Below, one piece after another: positions 20,643-29,689 of a stretch of DNA of 64,000 nucleotides. The notes beneath the pieces are model-generated. The model saw nothing but the letters and a program-made list of their open reading frames with translations, was not told the origin of the DNA and did no database searches. The number at the start of each line of letters is the position of its first letter. Positions within the stretch are counted from its first letter, which is position 1. The DNA lies in NCBI GenBank assembly GCA_963716175.1, contig OY970296.1, positions 3,296,001 to 3,360,000 of the forward strand. Reading direction: 5' to 3'. The position numbers and the translations under genes are program-made. The DNA comes from an uncultured Armatimonadetes bacterium (GTDB lineage Bacteria; Armatimonadota; Hebobacteria; Hebobacterales; Hebobacteraceae).

Positions 20643-21427
20643 CTTGAGTCAGCTCCCTTTTCGCGGTTCTGCCTTAGCTGCTCCTTGCGACGGCGGGCGT
20701 GGGCACGCCCGCCCTGCACCACGGCCGCGGGGCGCTGGCGCAGCGAGCGCGCTCCCGCAACCACAAAGATCACTCCCAGCCCCAGCAGGAAGGCCCCGCA
20801 CACCACATAGATACCCCGCAGCACACCCGCGGAAAAGAGGGTGCGGCCGAAGGCCAGCGCCACCGACACCGCGCAGTACCAGACCACATCAGAGAGAATG
20901 TGGCCGACGAAGTAGGTTCCACCCCCCACCGGGCCCCGCTGGCTCGCCCAGCCCACGTGGGCCACCCCGATGGTCGCCCACCACAGCCACCAATAGGGAT
21001 TCGCCATGCTCATCAGCCCGCCGAGGAAGGCGAGTTGGAGCACGAGCCCAGGCATGGGCAGACCGGTGCCGGAAGCAGCGGCTGCGCCCCCTGCTTGCAG
21101 CGCCGCGGCCGCACTCTCTCCCGGAATCTGAACCGTCAGATACCCGAGGTAGAGGAGCACCAGCCCTCCAACCACGCCGATCGTCCCGCGCACCCGCGGC
21201 GAGCGCGCGAACTTGATCAGACCGGTGATCAACAGGATCACCGCGATCAACTCCAGCGCCCCGTGCCCGATCATCATCAACGGCCCCGCCAGCCAGCCGA
21301 CCCGCACCGACTCGGTCACCACCACCGCCAGCAGCGAGCCGGGCACCACGGCCCCGGAGAAGCCAGTCGCCAGCGCGACTGCGAAGATGGCGGGAAGCGC
21401 AATGCTTCTTGGCAAGGTAGCGTTCAT
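20639..21427 (-). CDS. LysE-family translocator
   Basis: SGAVVPG..GH..E, NPYWWLWW, GHILSD; multiple TM helices. Confidence 0.82.
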   Translation of the reverse strand: MNATLPRSIALPAIFAVALATGFSGAVVPGSLLAVVVTESVRVGWLAGPLMMIGHGALELIAVILLITGLIKFARSPRVRGTIGVVGGLVLLYLGYLTVQIPGESAAAALQAGGAAAASGTGLPMPGLVLQLAFLGGLMSMANPYWWLWWATIGVAHVGWASQRGPVGGGTYFVGHILSDVVWYCAVSVALAFGRTLFSAGVLRGIYVVCGAFLLGLGVIFVVAGARSLRQRPAAVVQGGRAHARRRKEQLRQNREKGADSR

Positions 21428-22542
21428 TCCTGGATTAGCTCCAGGTTGGCGCGCGGCGCCCGCACTTCCTCGCCGCCGTCCAGCTCGATCAACGCGATGC
21501 GGACGCGCGACTCGGTGTCAATTTCGGTGAGCTCGGAGGGAAGCGCGGTGACTCGGCCCAGAGCCCCGAAATGCGGCTCCCGGATCACCCGCACGCGGGC
21601 GCCGATGACCAGCATCTGCGCGGGCGGCGCCTCCGGTGCGCCGGCGCCCACCACCTCCCGGGTGACGATGATCTCGGGGCGGATCACCCCGGCCCGGATC
21701 TGGGTGGCGCCGTCAATGGAGGCGAGCTGACCCTCCAACGAGGACAGCAGCTCCCAGGTGTGCCTGGCCATGGGCAGCTCGCCGAACCCCTCGGTGATGA
21801 TCAGGGTCATGGGCACGGCTTCCTGGCCTGTGATCGCCACGCCAATATCGTACCCAACGTATTGGCGCAGCACCTCATCGCTCACCGCCCCGACCACCAG
21901 TCCGACCGCGCCCGCCCCAGCGGCAGCGGTGATGGCCGCTGCCTCCGCGCTCGCCCCCGCGATCAACACGCAGCCCTCGCAGTCCGCGATTGACTCCGCG
22001 CGCAGCGGCTGGTCCGGGCCCTGGGTGGCCACCCGCAGCCGGCCCCTGCGCTCGCCCCCGACCCCGAAGATGCCCTGCACCAGTGCCCCCCGGGCTTCGA
22101 TCACCGCCCCCTCTTCGGCGATCACCTCGACCACCCGGCCGGCGATGTGGGCCAGCACCTCGATGCTCCTGGGTGGCTCTCGCAGGCGAACGAAGCCGGA
22201 GGCCGTGCTCACCTCCTCCACCGTCCCGGCGACCGGTGAGCGCACCTCGTTCTTGAACAGCCCCCACAGCCCCTGGGTGCGAGCGATCACCTCACCTGGC
22301 TGCACTGCGTCGCCGGGGTGCTTCAGCAGATAGGACTCCAGCTCATAGGGCTCGACGTGCAGCATCTGCGCCGCCCGCATCACCTGCACGTTGCCCGGCC
22401 GCTGGGCCCGCGCCACCGCCGCCTCCGCGGACACCAAATCGCCCATGCCCGCCAACACCTGGCCCCGCATCGGCAGCCGCCGGGTCTGGCGCACTATGGT
22501 GTCCGCGGCCACCCGCAGCCCTGGGGTATAGGCCACCGGCAT
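21424..22542 (-). CDS. Conserved hypothetical protein partnered with the GlmL-like gene
   Basis: AYTPGL start, lipoyl/barrel-sandwich-like repeats, QGIFGVGGE, GATQIRAGVIRPE, KOW-like C-terminus. Confidence 0.75.
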   Translation of the reverse strand: MPVAYTPGLRVAADTIVRQTRRLPMRGQVLAGMGDLVSAEAAVARAQRPGNVQVMRAAQMLHVEPYELESYLLKHPGDAVQPGEVIARTQGLWGLFKNEVRSPVAGTVEEVSTASGFVRLREPPRSIEVLAHIAGRVVEVIAEEGAVIEARGALVQGIFGVGGERRGRLRVATQGPDQPLRAESIADCEGCVLIAGASAEAAAITAAAGAGAVGLVVGAVSDEVLRQYVGYDIGVAITGQEAVPMTLIITEGFGELPMARHTWELLSSLEGQLASIDGATQIRAGVIRPEIIVTREVVGAGAPEAPPAQMLVIGARVRVIREPHFGALGRVTALPSELTEIDTESRVRIALIELDGGEEVRAPRANLELIQE

Positions 22543-22544
22543 CG

Positions 22545-24326
22545 CTAGCTTACTCCTGGCATCGCGCCCGCCGCGCGCAGCCACTGCTCCAGCTTGGCCA
22601 GGCGCTGCTGATCGTCGGCCGGCAGCTCCAGCGGCCGGCCCCGCCCATCGAGGATGATCCCGACCACGCCCCCGTCCACCACACCGGTCCACCGGTGGCC
22701 CCGCCCCGCGCCCACATCCAGCCCCCGTCTGGGATGCAGGGTCGCCTCGCGCTTCTCGCCGAGCGGGAGAGCGAGCCGCCGCAGCTCCCCACCGCGCAGC
22801 TCGCCCCGATCATCTCCGATCTCCCATGCCAGCACCACCTCGCCCTCGCGGCCCCGGCCCGCCGGCGCGATCACGGTCCCCAGTGGGATCAAGCAATCCC
22901 GCCGGAATACCTCCATCGCCGCCTCCGGCAGCACCGAGGCCAGCACCCCGAGCTGAGGCATCATGAAGATAGAATCAACCGCCAGCTTGGTGACGCCCTG
23001 GGGCTCGAAGGCATCCACCATCATCAGCGCGGCCTGCTCCCGGCGCGGGGCGTGGGAGAGAATGCCGCCGCTGCCGATGATCAGCCGGAGCGACATCATG
23101 TCCACCAGACTGGCGCCGCCCGCGGTCTGGGAGAAGATGTCGGCGATGGTCCGCGCTTGCTGCACGCCTTTGAGGCCCGAGGCCAGCGCCCCATGGTGGG
23201 CCAGCGCCAAGCGCAGTGCCTCCCTGGCCACCGCTTGCTCCAGGAGCAGGTCGCCCATAGCTTGCGGGATGGTGGTGGGACGGATCATCTTGTTGCGCAG
23301 CCGGTTGCGCAGATCGGCCTCGGCCATGGGGAGCGGAAGCCAGCGCCGGATGCCAGCCGCGCCCGCCTCCGCCAATACGTTGCATACACTGTAGCTGAGG
23401 CCGAGGTTCGCGGACACGGTGCGGTTGAACTGATCCCCGAAGACCGAGAAGACATCGGTGGTGGCCCCGCCGATATCCACGGCCAGCACATCCGCGCCCT
23501 CCTGCTGGGCCGCGAGCTGGACCATCTCGCCCACCGCGCGGGGCGTGGACATCACCGGGGCGCTGGTCCAGGTCAGCAGCTTGTCATATCCGGGCGCCTG
23601 GGCCATCACATGCTCCAGGAACAGGCGGTGGATCGCCTCCCGAGAGGGCGCCAGGTTCTCCCGCTCGAGCTGGGGCCGAAGGTTGTCCACCACCAGCAGC
23701 TCCAGCCCGTCTCCGAGCACCTGCCGCACGCCCTCCCGCGCGGCGCTGTTGCCGGCGTAGATCACCGGGAGCTTGAACCCCCGGCCCAACCGGGGCCGGG
23801 GATCGGCCGCCACCAGCAGCTCCGCGGTGTCCAGCAGGTGCTGCACCGTCCCGCCCTCGGTGCCTCCGGACATCAGGATCATGTCCGGCCGGATGGCGCG
23901 GATGCGGGCGATGCGCTCGTGGTCGGCGCGGCCGTCGTCCACCGCGATCACGTCTATCACGATCGCACCCGCCCCCAGCGCCGCGCGTTGTGCCGACTCC
24001 GCGGTCATGGTCTTGACCACGCCAGTGACCAGCATCTGCAGGCCGCCGCCGGCGCTGGAGGTGGAGAGGTAGAGGTCAGCCCCCAGCCCGTTCCGGGAGG
24101 GGGTGGAGACGCGATCCTCCCCCAGGAAGCGGCGCCCGGTCAGCTCCTCCAGCTCGCCGACCGCGTTGCGCACCCCCACGGTGACGTCGTCGAAGGGCGC
24201 CTCCACGGTCGTGGGGGCCTCACCCCGCCCCAGCAGGCGATACCCCGTTTCTCCGCGCTCGATCAGGATCGCCTTCGTGGTGGTGGAACCGCAGTCGGTG
24301 GCGACAATGCGTGCGGCCTCAGCCAT
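22545..24326 (-). CDS. GlmL/MutL-like ASKHA ATPase (glutamate mutase L family)
   Basis: DCGSTTTK, SSAGGGL, GGTEGG, VDIGGATTDVFS, RTVSANLG. Confidence 0.85.
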   Translation of the reverse strand: MAEAARIVATDCGSTTTKAILIERGETGYRLLGRGEAPTTVEAPFDDVTVGVRNAVGELEELTGRRFLGEDRVSTPSRNGLGADLYLSTSSAGGGLQMLVTGVVKTMTAESAQRAALGAGAIVIDVIAVDDGRADHERIARIRAIRPDMILMSGGTEGGTVQHLLDTAELLVAADPRPRLGRGFKLPVIYAGNSAAREGVRQVLGDGLELLVVDNLRPQLERENLAPSREAIHRLFLEHVMAQAPGYDKLLTWTSAPVMSTPRAVGEMVQLAAQQEGADVLAVDIGGATTDVFSVFGDQFNRTVSANLGLSYSVCNVLAEAGAAGIRRWLPLPMAEADLRNRLRNKMIRPTTIPQAMGDLLLEQAVAREALRLALAHHGALASGLKGVQQARTIADIFSQTAGGASLVDMMSLRLIIGSGGILSHAPRREQAALMMVDAFEPQGVTKLAVDSIFMMPQLGVLASVLPEAAMEVFRRDCLIPLGTVIAPAGRGREGEVVLAWEIGDDRGELRGGELRRLALPLGEKREATLHPRRGLDVGAGRGHRWTGVVDGGVVGIILDGRGRPLELPADDQQRLAKLEQWLRAAGAMPGVS

Positions 24327-24335
24327 AGCGGCGGC

Positions 24336-24365
24336 ATGATAGCACGCGCTCTTCGCGGGGGTCAA
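24336..24365 (-). promoter_or_regulatory. Sigma70-type promoter of the glmL-like operon (near-leaderless)
   Basis: TTGACC-N18-TATCAT with TG extension; -10 ends 9 nt before ATG 24326; no SD. Confidence 0.55.
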
Positions 24366-24440
24366 CGAAGGAGCGATCCCGGGACGCGGCGGCCGCACGG
24401 GCGGCAGGAGAAACGCGCCCGGGCGCCAAACAGTGCCGCC

Positions 24441-25334
24441 GTGAGCGAGCAAGAGCCGCAGTACACCGAGATTACTGTCCTCGTCCACCCCGACGTGGTC
24501 GAGGGCCTGGTTGACGTGCTGCTGTCCCTGGGCGCCAAGGGGGTAGTGGAGGAGCGCCGGCTGCTCGCCTTTCACGTCACCGCCTATGTCCCCGCGGACG
24601 ACAAGAACGAGGAGCGTGTGAGAGCGATCAGGAGCCGGCTCCACGCCCTGGAGGCGGCCGGACTCCGGGTGGGGCCGGGCACCATCGGGGTGCGCACCGT
24701 GGGGGTGGAGGCCTGGAGCGAGGCCTGGCAGGACCTCTTCCAGGTGCAGCGGATCACGCCCTCATTGGTGCTGGCCCCGAGCTGGGAGGAATACCAGGCC
24801 CAGCCGGGGGAGACGGTGGTGGTGCTCGACCCGGGCGCCGCTTTTGGCACTGGCGGCCATGCCACTACCCGGCTCTGCCTCCGCGCCCTGGTGGAGCAGA
24901 TTCGCCCGGGCGATCGGGTGGCCGATGTGGGCTGCGGCAGCGGGATTCTGGCGATCACCGCCGCGCTGCTGGGCGCCGAGGAAGTGGTGGCCACCGACAG
25001 CGATTCCTCGGCCCTGCTCGTCGCCCGGCAGAACGCGCGGAAGAACGGGGTCGCCGACCTGGTGCGGCTGATCGAGAGCGATCTGGTAGCGGCCTCCCTG
25101 GGGCCGTTCGACCTCATTGTCTGCAACATCATCGCCAGCGAGGTGACGCGGCTGGCCGAGAACCTGCGCCGACTGCTGGCGCCGGGTGGGCGCTTCATCG
25201 GTTCCGGGTTCTTCATCACCATGGTGCCGATGGTGGAGGACGCACTGGTGCGAGCCGGGCTGTCCATGCTGGACACCCCCAGCGAAGAGGGCTGGTCCGC
25301 CTGCGTGGCGGTGAAGCCGGGGCGGAAGCATTGA
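24441..25334 (+). CDS. prmA: Ribosomal protein L11 methyltransferase
   Basis: LDPGAAFGTGGHATT, DVGCGSGILAI, CNII; true start GTG 24441 at the 3' end of the long shadow ORF. Confidence 0.9.
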   Translation: MSEQEPQYTEITVLVHPDVVEGLVDVLLSLGAKGVVEERRLLAFHVTAYVPADDKNEERVRAIRSRLHALEAAGLRVGPGTIGVRTVGVEAWSEAWQDLFQVQRITPSLVLAPSWEEYQAQPGETVVVLDPGAAFGTGGHATTRLCLRALVEQIRPGDRVADVGCGSGILAITAALLGAEEVVATDSDSSALLVARQNARKNGVADLVRLIESDLVAASLGPFDLIVCNIIASEVTRLAENLRRLLAPGGRFIGSGFFITMVPMVEDALVRAGLSMLDTPSEEGWSACVAVKPGRKH

Positions 25335-25370
25335 CGTCTGGTGCGCCGAGTGCTATCATACTGATAGCAC
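25331..25370 (+). promoter_or_regulatory. TA-operon promoter with operator palindrome
   Basis: TTGACG-N17-TATCAT overlapped by GTGCTATCA-tac-TGATAGCAC. Confidence 0.75.
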
Positions 25371-25385
25371 AGCAGGAGGAACGCG

Positions 25386-25622
25386 ATGCCGGACGTGCTG
25401 ATCCGCGATCTGCCCAAGAAGACCCTGGAAGCGCTGAAACAGAGAGCCGCCCGACACGGCCGCTCGCTTCAGCAGGAGCTGAAGGTGACGCTCGTGCGCC
25501 TGGGGGAAGAGCCAGACTTCGACTACGTCGAGCACGTGAGGATGCTTCGCGAGCGGATCGAGAGTTACGCGCCCCAGCAGAGTGACTCAACGCTCTTGAT
25601 CCGTGAGGATCGGGGGCGGTGA
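25386..25622 (+). CDS. FitA-like ribbon-helix-helix antitoxin
   Basis: VLIRDL...LKQRAARHGRSLQQE...LIREDR; directly upstream of a PIN toxin. Confidence 0.85.
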   Translation: MPDVLIRDLPKKTLEALKQRAARHGRSLQQELKVTLVRLGEEPDFDYVEHVRMLRERIESYAPQQSDSTLLIREDRGR

Positions 25623-26056
25623 CGCGCTATGTGGTGGACGCCAGCGTGGCGGCCAAGTGGTACTTCCCGGAGGAATCTAGCAGCCTTGCTCTCGCGCTGT
25701 TGCTCGAAGCGAAGCAGAAGCGCGTCCTACTCAGCGCCCCCGATCTGGTGATCTACGAACTCGGCAGTGTAGTGTTGAAGAAGCTGCGGGCTGGCCTTGT
25801 CACGAGGCAGGACGCCGATCTTCTTCTGGCGCGCTTCCCGCGAAGCCCGTTGGCCCTAACGCCGGCCTCCGATATCGCAGAGGTCACGCTGGCCGTGGCG
25901 GAGATCGCTGGGATCAGCTTCTACGACGCCGCCTATCTCGCCACCGCGCAGCGCGCCGGCTGCTCCCTGGTTAGCGCAGACCAAGGGTTGATTGCACAGG
26001 TGCGCGACACGCCCTTCCGTGACTCGGTGCTGGCCTTGACTGCCGTGTCCCTCTAG
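25619..26056 (+). CDS. vapC: VapC-family PIN-domain toxin
   Basis: VVDASVAAKW, E, YDAAYL, LVSAD acidic PIN motifs; GTGA overlap with the antitoxin. Confidence 0.88.
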   Translation: MTRYVVDASVAAKWYFPEESSSLALALLLEAKQKRVLLSAPDLVIYELGSVVLKKLRAGLVTRQDADLLLARFPRSPLALTPASDIAEVTLAVAEIAGISFYDAAYLATAQRAGCSLVSADQGLIAQVRDTPFRDSVLALTAVSL

Positions 26057-26063
26057 AACTGCC

Positions 26064-26459
26064 ATGCTCACCTCCATCGGCCTAGATATCATCGAAGTTG
26101 ACCGCATGCGCCAGGCCCTGCGGCGCCGGCCCTGGCTGGCGGCGCGGCTGTTCACGGACCGCGAACGCGCTTACTGCGACCGGCGAGCCGACCCCGCGCC
26201 TCACTATGCCGCCCGCTTCGCCGCCAAAGAAGCCACCGCCAAGGCACTGGGCCGGTGGCTCCGCTGGCAGGAGGTGGAGGTGACCCACGGCGCCGAGGGC
26301 CGGCCTCTGCTGAAGCTCACTGGGGAGGCGGCCGCGCTCGCCCAGGTCGCCGAGGGGGCTCGCCTGTTGGTCTCTCTCTCCCACAGCCGGGATTACGCCG
26401 TGGCCTGGGTGGGCCTGGTGGCTGGGCCCATGGGGCCGCCATGGCGGGCAGAGCCCTAA
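26064..26459 (+). CDS. acpS: Holo-ACP synthase
   Basis: IGLDII, ARFAAKEA, SLSHS. Confidence 0.94.
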   Translation: MLTSIGLDIIEVDRMRQALRRRPWLAARLFTDRERAYCDRRADPAPHYAARFAAKEATAKALGRWLRWQEVEVTHGAEGRPLLKLTGEAAALAQVAEGARLLVSLSHSRDYAVAWVGLVAGPMGPPWRAEP

Positions 26460-26559
26460 TGGCGTTCGCACAAAGAAGTAATGTGCGAACGCCGCCCTGG
26501 GCCCGTGTGAGCAGTTGCCTGAGCTTCGCCCGCTTACTTCTTTGAGCGAAGCTCACTAG
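26456..26559 (-). mobile_element. Twin-palindrome element family B, copy 1 (104 bp)
   Basis: Reverse-complement homologue of 50415..50518 and 60963..61066; ends CTAA / CTAG. Confidence 0.72.
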
Positions 26560-26604
26560 AGCGCATTCCGCAGCCTCCCCTGGGAGGGTTATGAAGCAGC
26601 TTCC
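26556..26604 (+). repeat. Family A element, internally deleted copy 3
   Basis: CTAGAGCGCATT joined directly to ..CCTCCCCTGGGAGGGTTATGAAGCAGCTTC. Confidence 0.65.
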
Positions 26605-26668
26605 GGCCATTTTCCCCCCAGGAGAGCGAGGGCTTGGTGCAGAAACCCCTTCTGCCGGGAGTGTGGGC

Positions 26669-28234
26669 GTGAAGATCGTCACCGCTGGGCAGATGCGGGA
26701 GATAGACCGCAGGGCCATCGAGGAGCGGGGCATCGCCAGCCTCGTCCTGATGGAAGGTGCCGGCCGCGCCGTGGCCGAGTCCGCCTATCGCCTCACCGAG
26801 GGCTGTCCCGACCGACCTATCCTGGTTCTCTGCGGGCGGGGCAACAATGGCGGAGACGGCTTCGTCGCCGCGCGCCATCTCATCGCGCTGGGGCGCACCG
26901 TGCAGGTGTTTGTGGCCGCGCCTCGGGGTGAGATCACCGGCGACGCCGAAGCCAATCTCCAGCGGCTGGAAGTCCTGGGTCTCTCCTGCCTCTACCTGAC
27001 AGAGGCCGAGCCGGCCCTGGCCGCGCTGCCTCGCTGCGGGCTGGTCGTGGACGCGCTGCTAGGCACCGGGCTCTCGGGGAAGGTGCGCGGGCTGGCTGGC
27101 AAGCTGATCGAGGGCCTCAACGAGTCCGGGCAACCCGTGCTGGCCGTGGACATTCCCTCGGGCCTGGACGCGGACACTGGCGAGCCACTTGGGGTGGCCG
27201 TGCGTGCCCAGGAGACGGTCACCATGGGCTTGCCCAAGCTCGGGCTCTTCCTGCACCCCGGTGTGGACTACGCCGGTCGGGTGACGGCGGCCGACATCGG
27301 CTTTCCTGCTGACCTGATCGCCGACTCCCAGGCGGTGGCCGATCTGACCGCGCCGGAATGGGTGCGGATGCTGCTGCCCCAGCGCCCGCGCAGCGCCCAC
27401 AAGGGTGAGTTCGGCCGAGTGCTGGTCATCGCGGGTTCAGTGGGCATGACAGGAGCGGCCTCCCTGTGCGCCGAGGCCGCCCTGCGCGTGGGCGCGGGTC
27501 TGGTCACCGTGGGGTGTCCGGCCAGCCTGAACGACATCCTCGAGGTCAAGCTCACCGAGGCCTTGACTCTCCCGCTCCCCGAGACCTATCAGCGCAGCCT
27601 GGACACCCGCGCCCTGGCCCCCATCCTGGAGCACGCCGAAGCGGCGAGCGTGCTCGCCATCGGTCCCGGGCTCTCCCGCCAGCCCGAGACGTCGGTGCTG
27701 GTGCGCCGCCTGGTGGCGCGGGTGGACAAGCCTATGGTGGTTGATGCCGATGGCCTGAACGCCCTGGCCGACGCGGCGGTGCTGCTGGAGGGCGAGCATG
27801 CTCCTGCCGTGCTCACCCCGCATCCCGGCGAAATGGGCCGGCTGATGGGCGTCTCCACGGAGAGAGTCCAGGCCCGCCGCGCACATTTTGCCGAGGCGGC
27901 AGCAAATCGTTTCCATTCTGTGATAATACTAAAGGGAGCTTGCAGCCTCGTGGCGGAAGCCGGGCGTCCTCTGACCGTGAACCCCACCGGCAACCCCGGC
28001 CTGGCGAGTGGCGGCACCGGCGATGTGCTCACCGGGATGGTGGCCGGGTTGATCGCCCAGGGGCTGCTGCCCTTCGAGGCCGGCGCCGCTGCCGCCTACC
28101 TGCATGGGCTGGCCGGAGACCTGGCGGCCCGGAAGCTGGGAGAGGCCAGTCTGGTGGCCGGGGATGTGCTGGCTGCAGTCCCTCAGGCAATCTGTCGCAC
28201 CATGGCGGGAGTAGAGGAGAATGACCACACCTGA
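26669..28234 (+). CDS. nnr: Bifunctional NAD(P)H-hydrate epimerase/dehydratase (NnrE-NnrD)
   Basis: GRGNNGGDG, DALLGTG, DIPSG, HKGEFG, TPHPGE, GGTGDVL; follows acpS. Confidence 0.94.
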   Translation: MKIVTAGQMREIDRRAIEERGIASLVLMEGAGRAVAESAYRLTEGCPDRPILVLCGRGNNGGDGFVAARHLIALGRTVQVFVAAPRGEITGDAEANLQRLEVLGLSCLYLTEAEPALAALPRCGLVVDALLGTGLSGKVRGLAGKLIEGLNESGQPVLAVDIPSGLDADTGEPLGVAVRAQETVTMGLPKLGLFLHPGVDYAGRVTAADIGFPADLIADSQAVADLTAPEWVRMLLPQRPRSAHKGEFGRVLVIAGSVGMTGAASLCAEAALRVGAGLVTVGCPASLNDILEVKLTEALTLPLPETYQRSLDTRALAPILEHAEAASVLAIGPGLSRQPETSVLVRRLVARVDKPMVVDADGLNALADAAVLLEGEHAPAVLTPHPGEMGRLMGVSTERVQARRAHFAEAAANRFHSVIILKGACSLVAEAGRPLTVNPTGNPGLASGGTGDVLTGMVAGLIAQGLLPFEAGAAAAYLHGLAGDLAARKLGEASLVAGDVLAAVPQAICRTMAGVEENDHT

Positions 28235-28258
28235 GTTTCCGCGCCGGGGCTGGGCGCG

Positions 28259-28843
28259 ATGAGCGAGGCCACCTCCTCGGGCCTTGCTCAGGCCACCCTA
28301 TCTGCCATGCTGCTGGTGGCCGTGCTGATGCTCTATCTCCGCCGGTTTGCGCGCTCGCGGCGGTGGGTGGCGGTGGCGCTGGGGGTCTGCGTGTTGGATC
28401 AGGCCGCCAAGGCCTTGCTTCCGGTAACTCTGCGCTATGGCCGGTTCGCCCTGCTTGGCGGCTACCTCCGGCTCTCCTACCTGGAGAACCGGGACCAGGG
28501 CTTTGGTGGCAGTTTCTCCTATCTCCTGCTGGTCACCGCGGTCTGCGTGCTCGCTCTGAGCCTCCTCTACGGACGCCTCTCCAGGACCGGATACCGGATG
28601 TCGGCCCTGGCCGAACTGGGGTGTGCGCTCATGATCGGAGGTTATCTCGGCATCCTGCTGGATCGCATCCGCCTGGGCTTCGTCGTGGATTTCCTCGAGT
28701 TCGGCCGGGCGAGCCAATTTGTGTATAATCTGGCCGACCTGGCCGTGCTGCTGGCGGTTGCGCTGCTCGCCTGCCGTGCGGTACAATTCGCGTCGGAGCT
28801 GAGGCAGAGACGCATCAGCCTCCAGGACAGGATGCTGAGATGA
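28259..28843 (+). CDS. Signal peptidase II (LspA)-like protein, divergent
   Basis: DQAAK, DRIRLGFVVDF, YNLAD (both catalytic Asp present). Confidence 0.75.
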   Translation: MSEATSSGLAQATLSAMLLVAVLMLYLRRFARSRRWVAVALGVCVLDQAAKALLPVTLRYGRFALLGGYLRLSYLENRDQGFGGSFSYLLLVTAVCVLALSLLYGRLSRTGYRMSALAELGCALMIGGYLGILLDRIRLGFVVDFLEFGRASQFVYNLADLAVLLAVALLACRAVQFASELRQRRISLQDRMLR

Positions 28844-29268
28844 TCGGAGACCCTACCGAGCTCGGGCGGCGGGTCGCCCGTCGTTTCGCCGCAAGGGGAG
28901 TGCGGCCTTCGGTGCGAGAGGTGGCTGCTCAGATGGGGGTCCACATCCAGGAGCGCCCGGCCCCACCGCCGGCCCAGCCAGAGCTGCGCAGCGAGTACCA
29001 GCCCAGTCCCCCCTGCATCATCTTATACCGGGATCCCATTGATGTGCTGGCCGGGGCCATCCACGCCAACCAGCGCTTCGACATGCTGGCCTGCAATCTC
29101 GACGAGGTGCACATCGCGCACGAGTTGTTCCACCATCTGGAGTGCGGCCAGCGGTTCGGCCCGCTGCGTCGGGAGGAGGTGGAGGCCGCCGCCCAGGGCT
29201 TCGCCCAGCAGCTGCTCGACCTCTGCTTTCACCCCGACGAGTTGTCTGACCTAACCTCTCGCCCCTGA
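28840..29268 (+). CDS. HExxH protein, ImmA/IrrE-like zinc metallopeptidase fold
   Basis: IAHELFHH followed by EAAAQGFAQQLL. Confidence 0.62.
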   Translation: MIGDPTELGRRVARRFAARGVRPSVREVAAQMGVHIQERPAPPPAQPELRSEYQPSPPCIILYRDPIDVLAGAIHANQRFDMLACNLDEVHIAHELFHHLECGQRFGPLRREEVEAAAQGFAQQLLDLCFHPDELSDLTSRP

Positions 29269-29293
29269 CCGGCTTCGCGGGCGCCGCGCCGGG

Positions 29294-29677
29294 CTACCCG
29301 GCCTCGGATTCCCCGGCCTGCTTGACGAAGTTCAGCCGCAGGTCGGTGAGCAAGTTCTGGTAGTCGCGCGCTTCCTGGCCCGCGAGCTGGGGGAGCAGCT
29401 TCTCGACCAGATAGGCGGTGCTGTCGATCGCCAGCCGCGCCTGCTCGATGTCCTTGCGCACCGCGCCGGTGAAGGGATCGGCCTGCAGGCCCAGCATCTG
29501 CCAGGCCGCGCTGGAGAGCTGAGCGATGGCCGCCCGCAACACCATGTAGATGTCCAGGGGGCGCAGCGCTTCTTCGGCCTGCTCTCCGGGGGGCGGGGCC
29601 TGCTGCGGCTGCTGCGGGCCCGCGGTAGGCTGCTCGCCCTCGCTCTTCGCCTCTTCAGATGATGACATCGCCTTCAC
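29294..29677 (-). CDS. DUF1844-family protein
   Basis: AWQMLG..DP.TG...DIEQARLAID...LTDLRLNFV pattern. Confidence 0.7.
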   Translation of the reverse strand: MKAMSSSEEAKSEGEQPTAGPQQPQQAPPPGEQAEEALRPLDIYMVLRAAIAQLSSAAWQMLGLQADPFTGAVRKDIEQARLAIDSTAYLVEKLLPQLAGQEARDYQNLLTDLRLNFVKQAGESEAG

Positions 29678-29689
29678 CTCCCATAGCTG

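Noticed and set aside
22695-24440. Long N-terminal extension of PrmA, and other long antisense ORFs (e.g. 15395..17413, 36640..38289, 11279..12907)
   Set aside because: Shadow ORFs opposite well-supported genes, expected in high-GC DNA.
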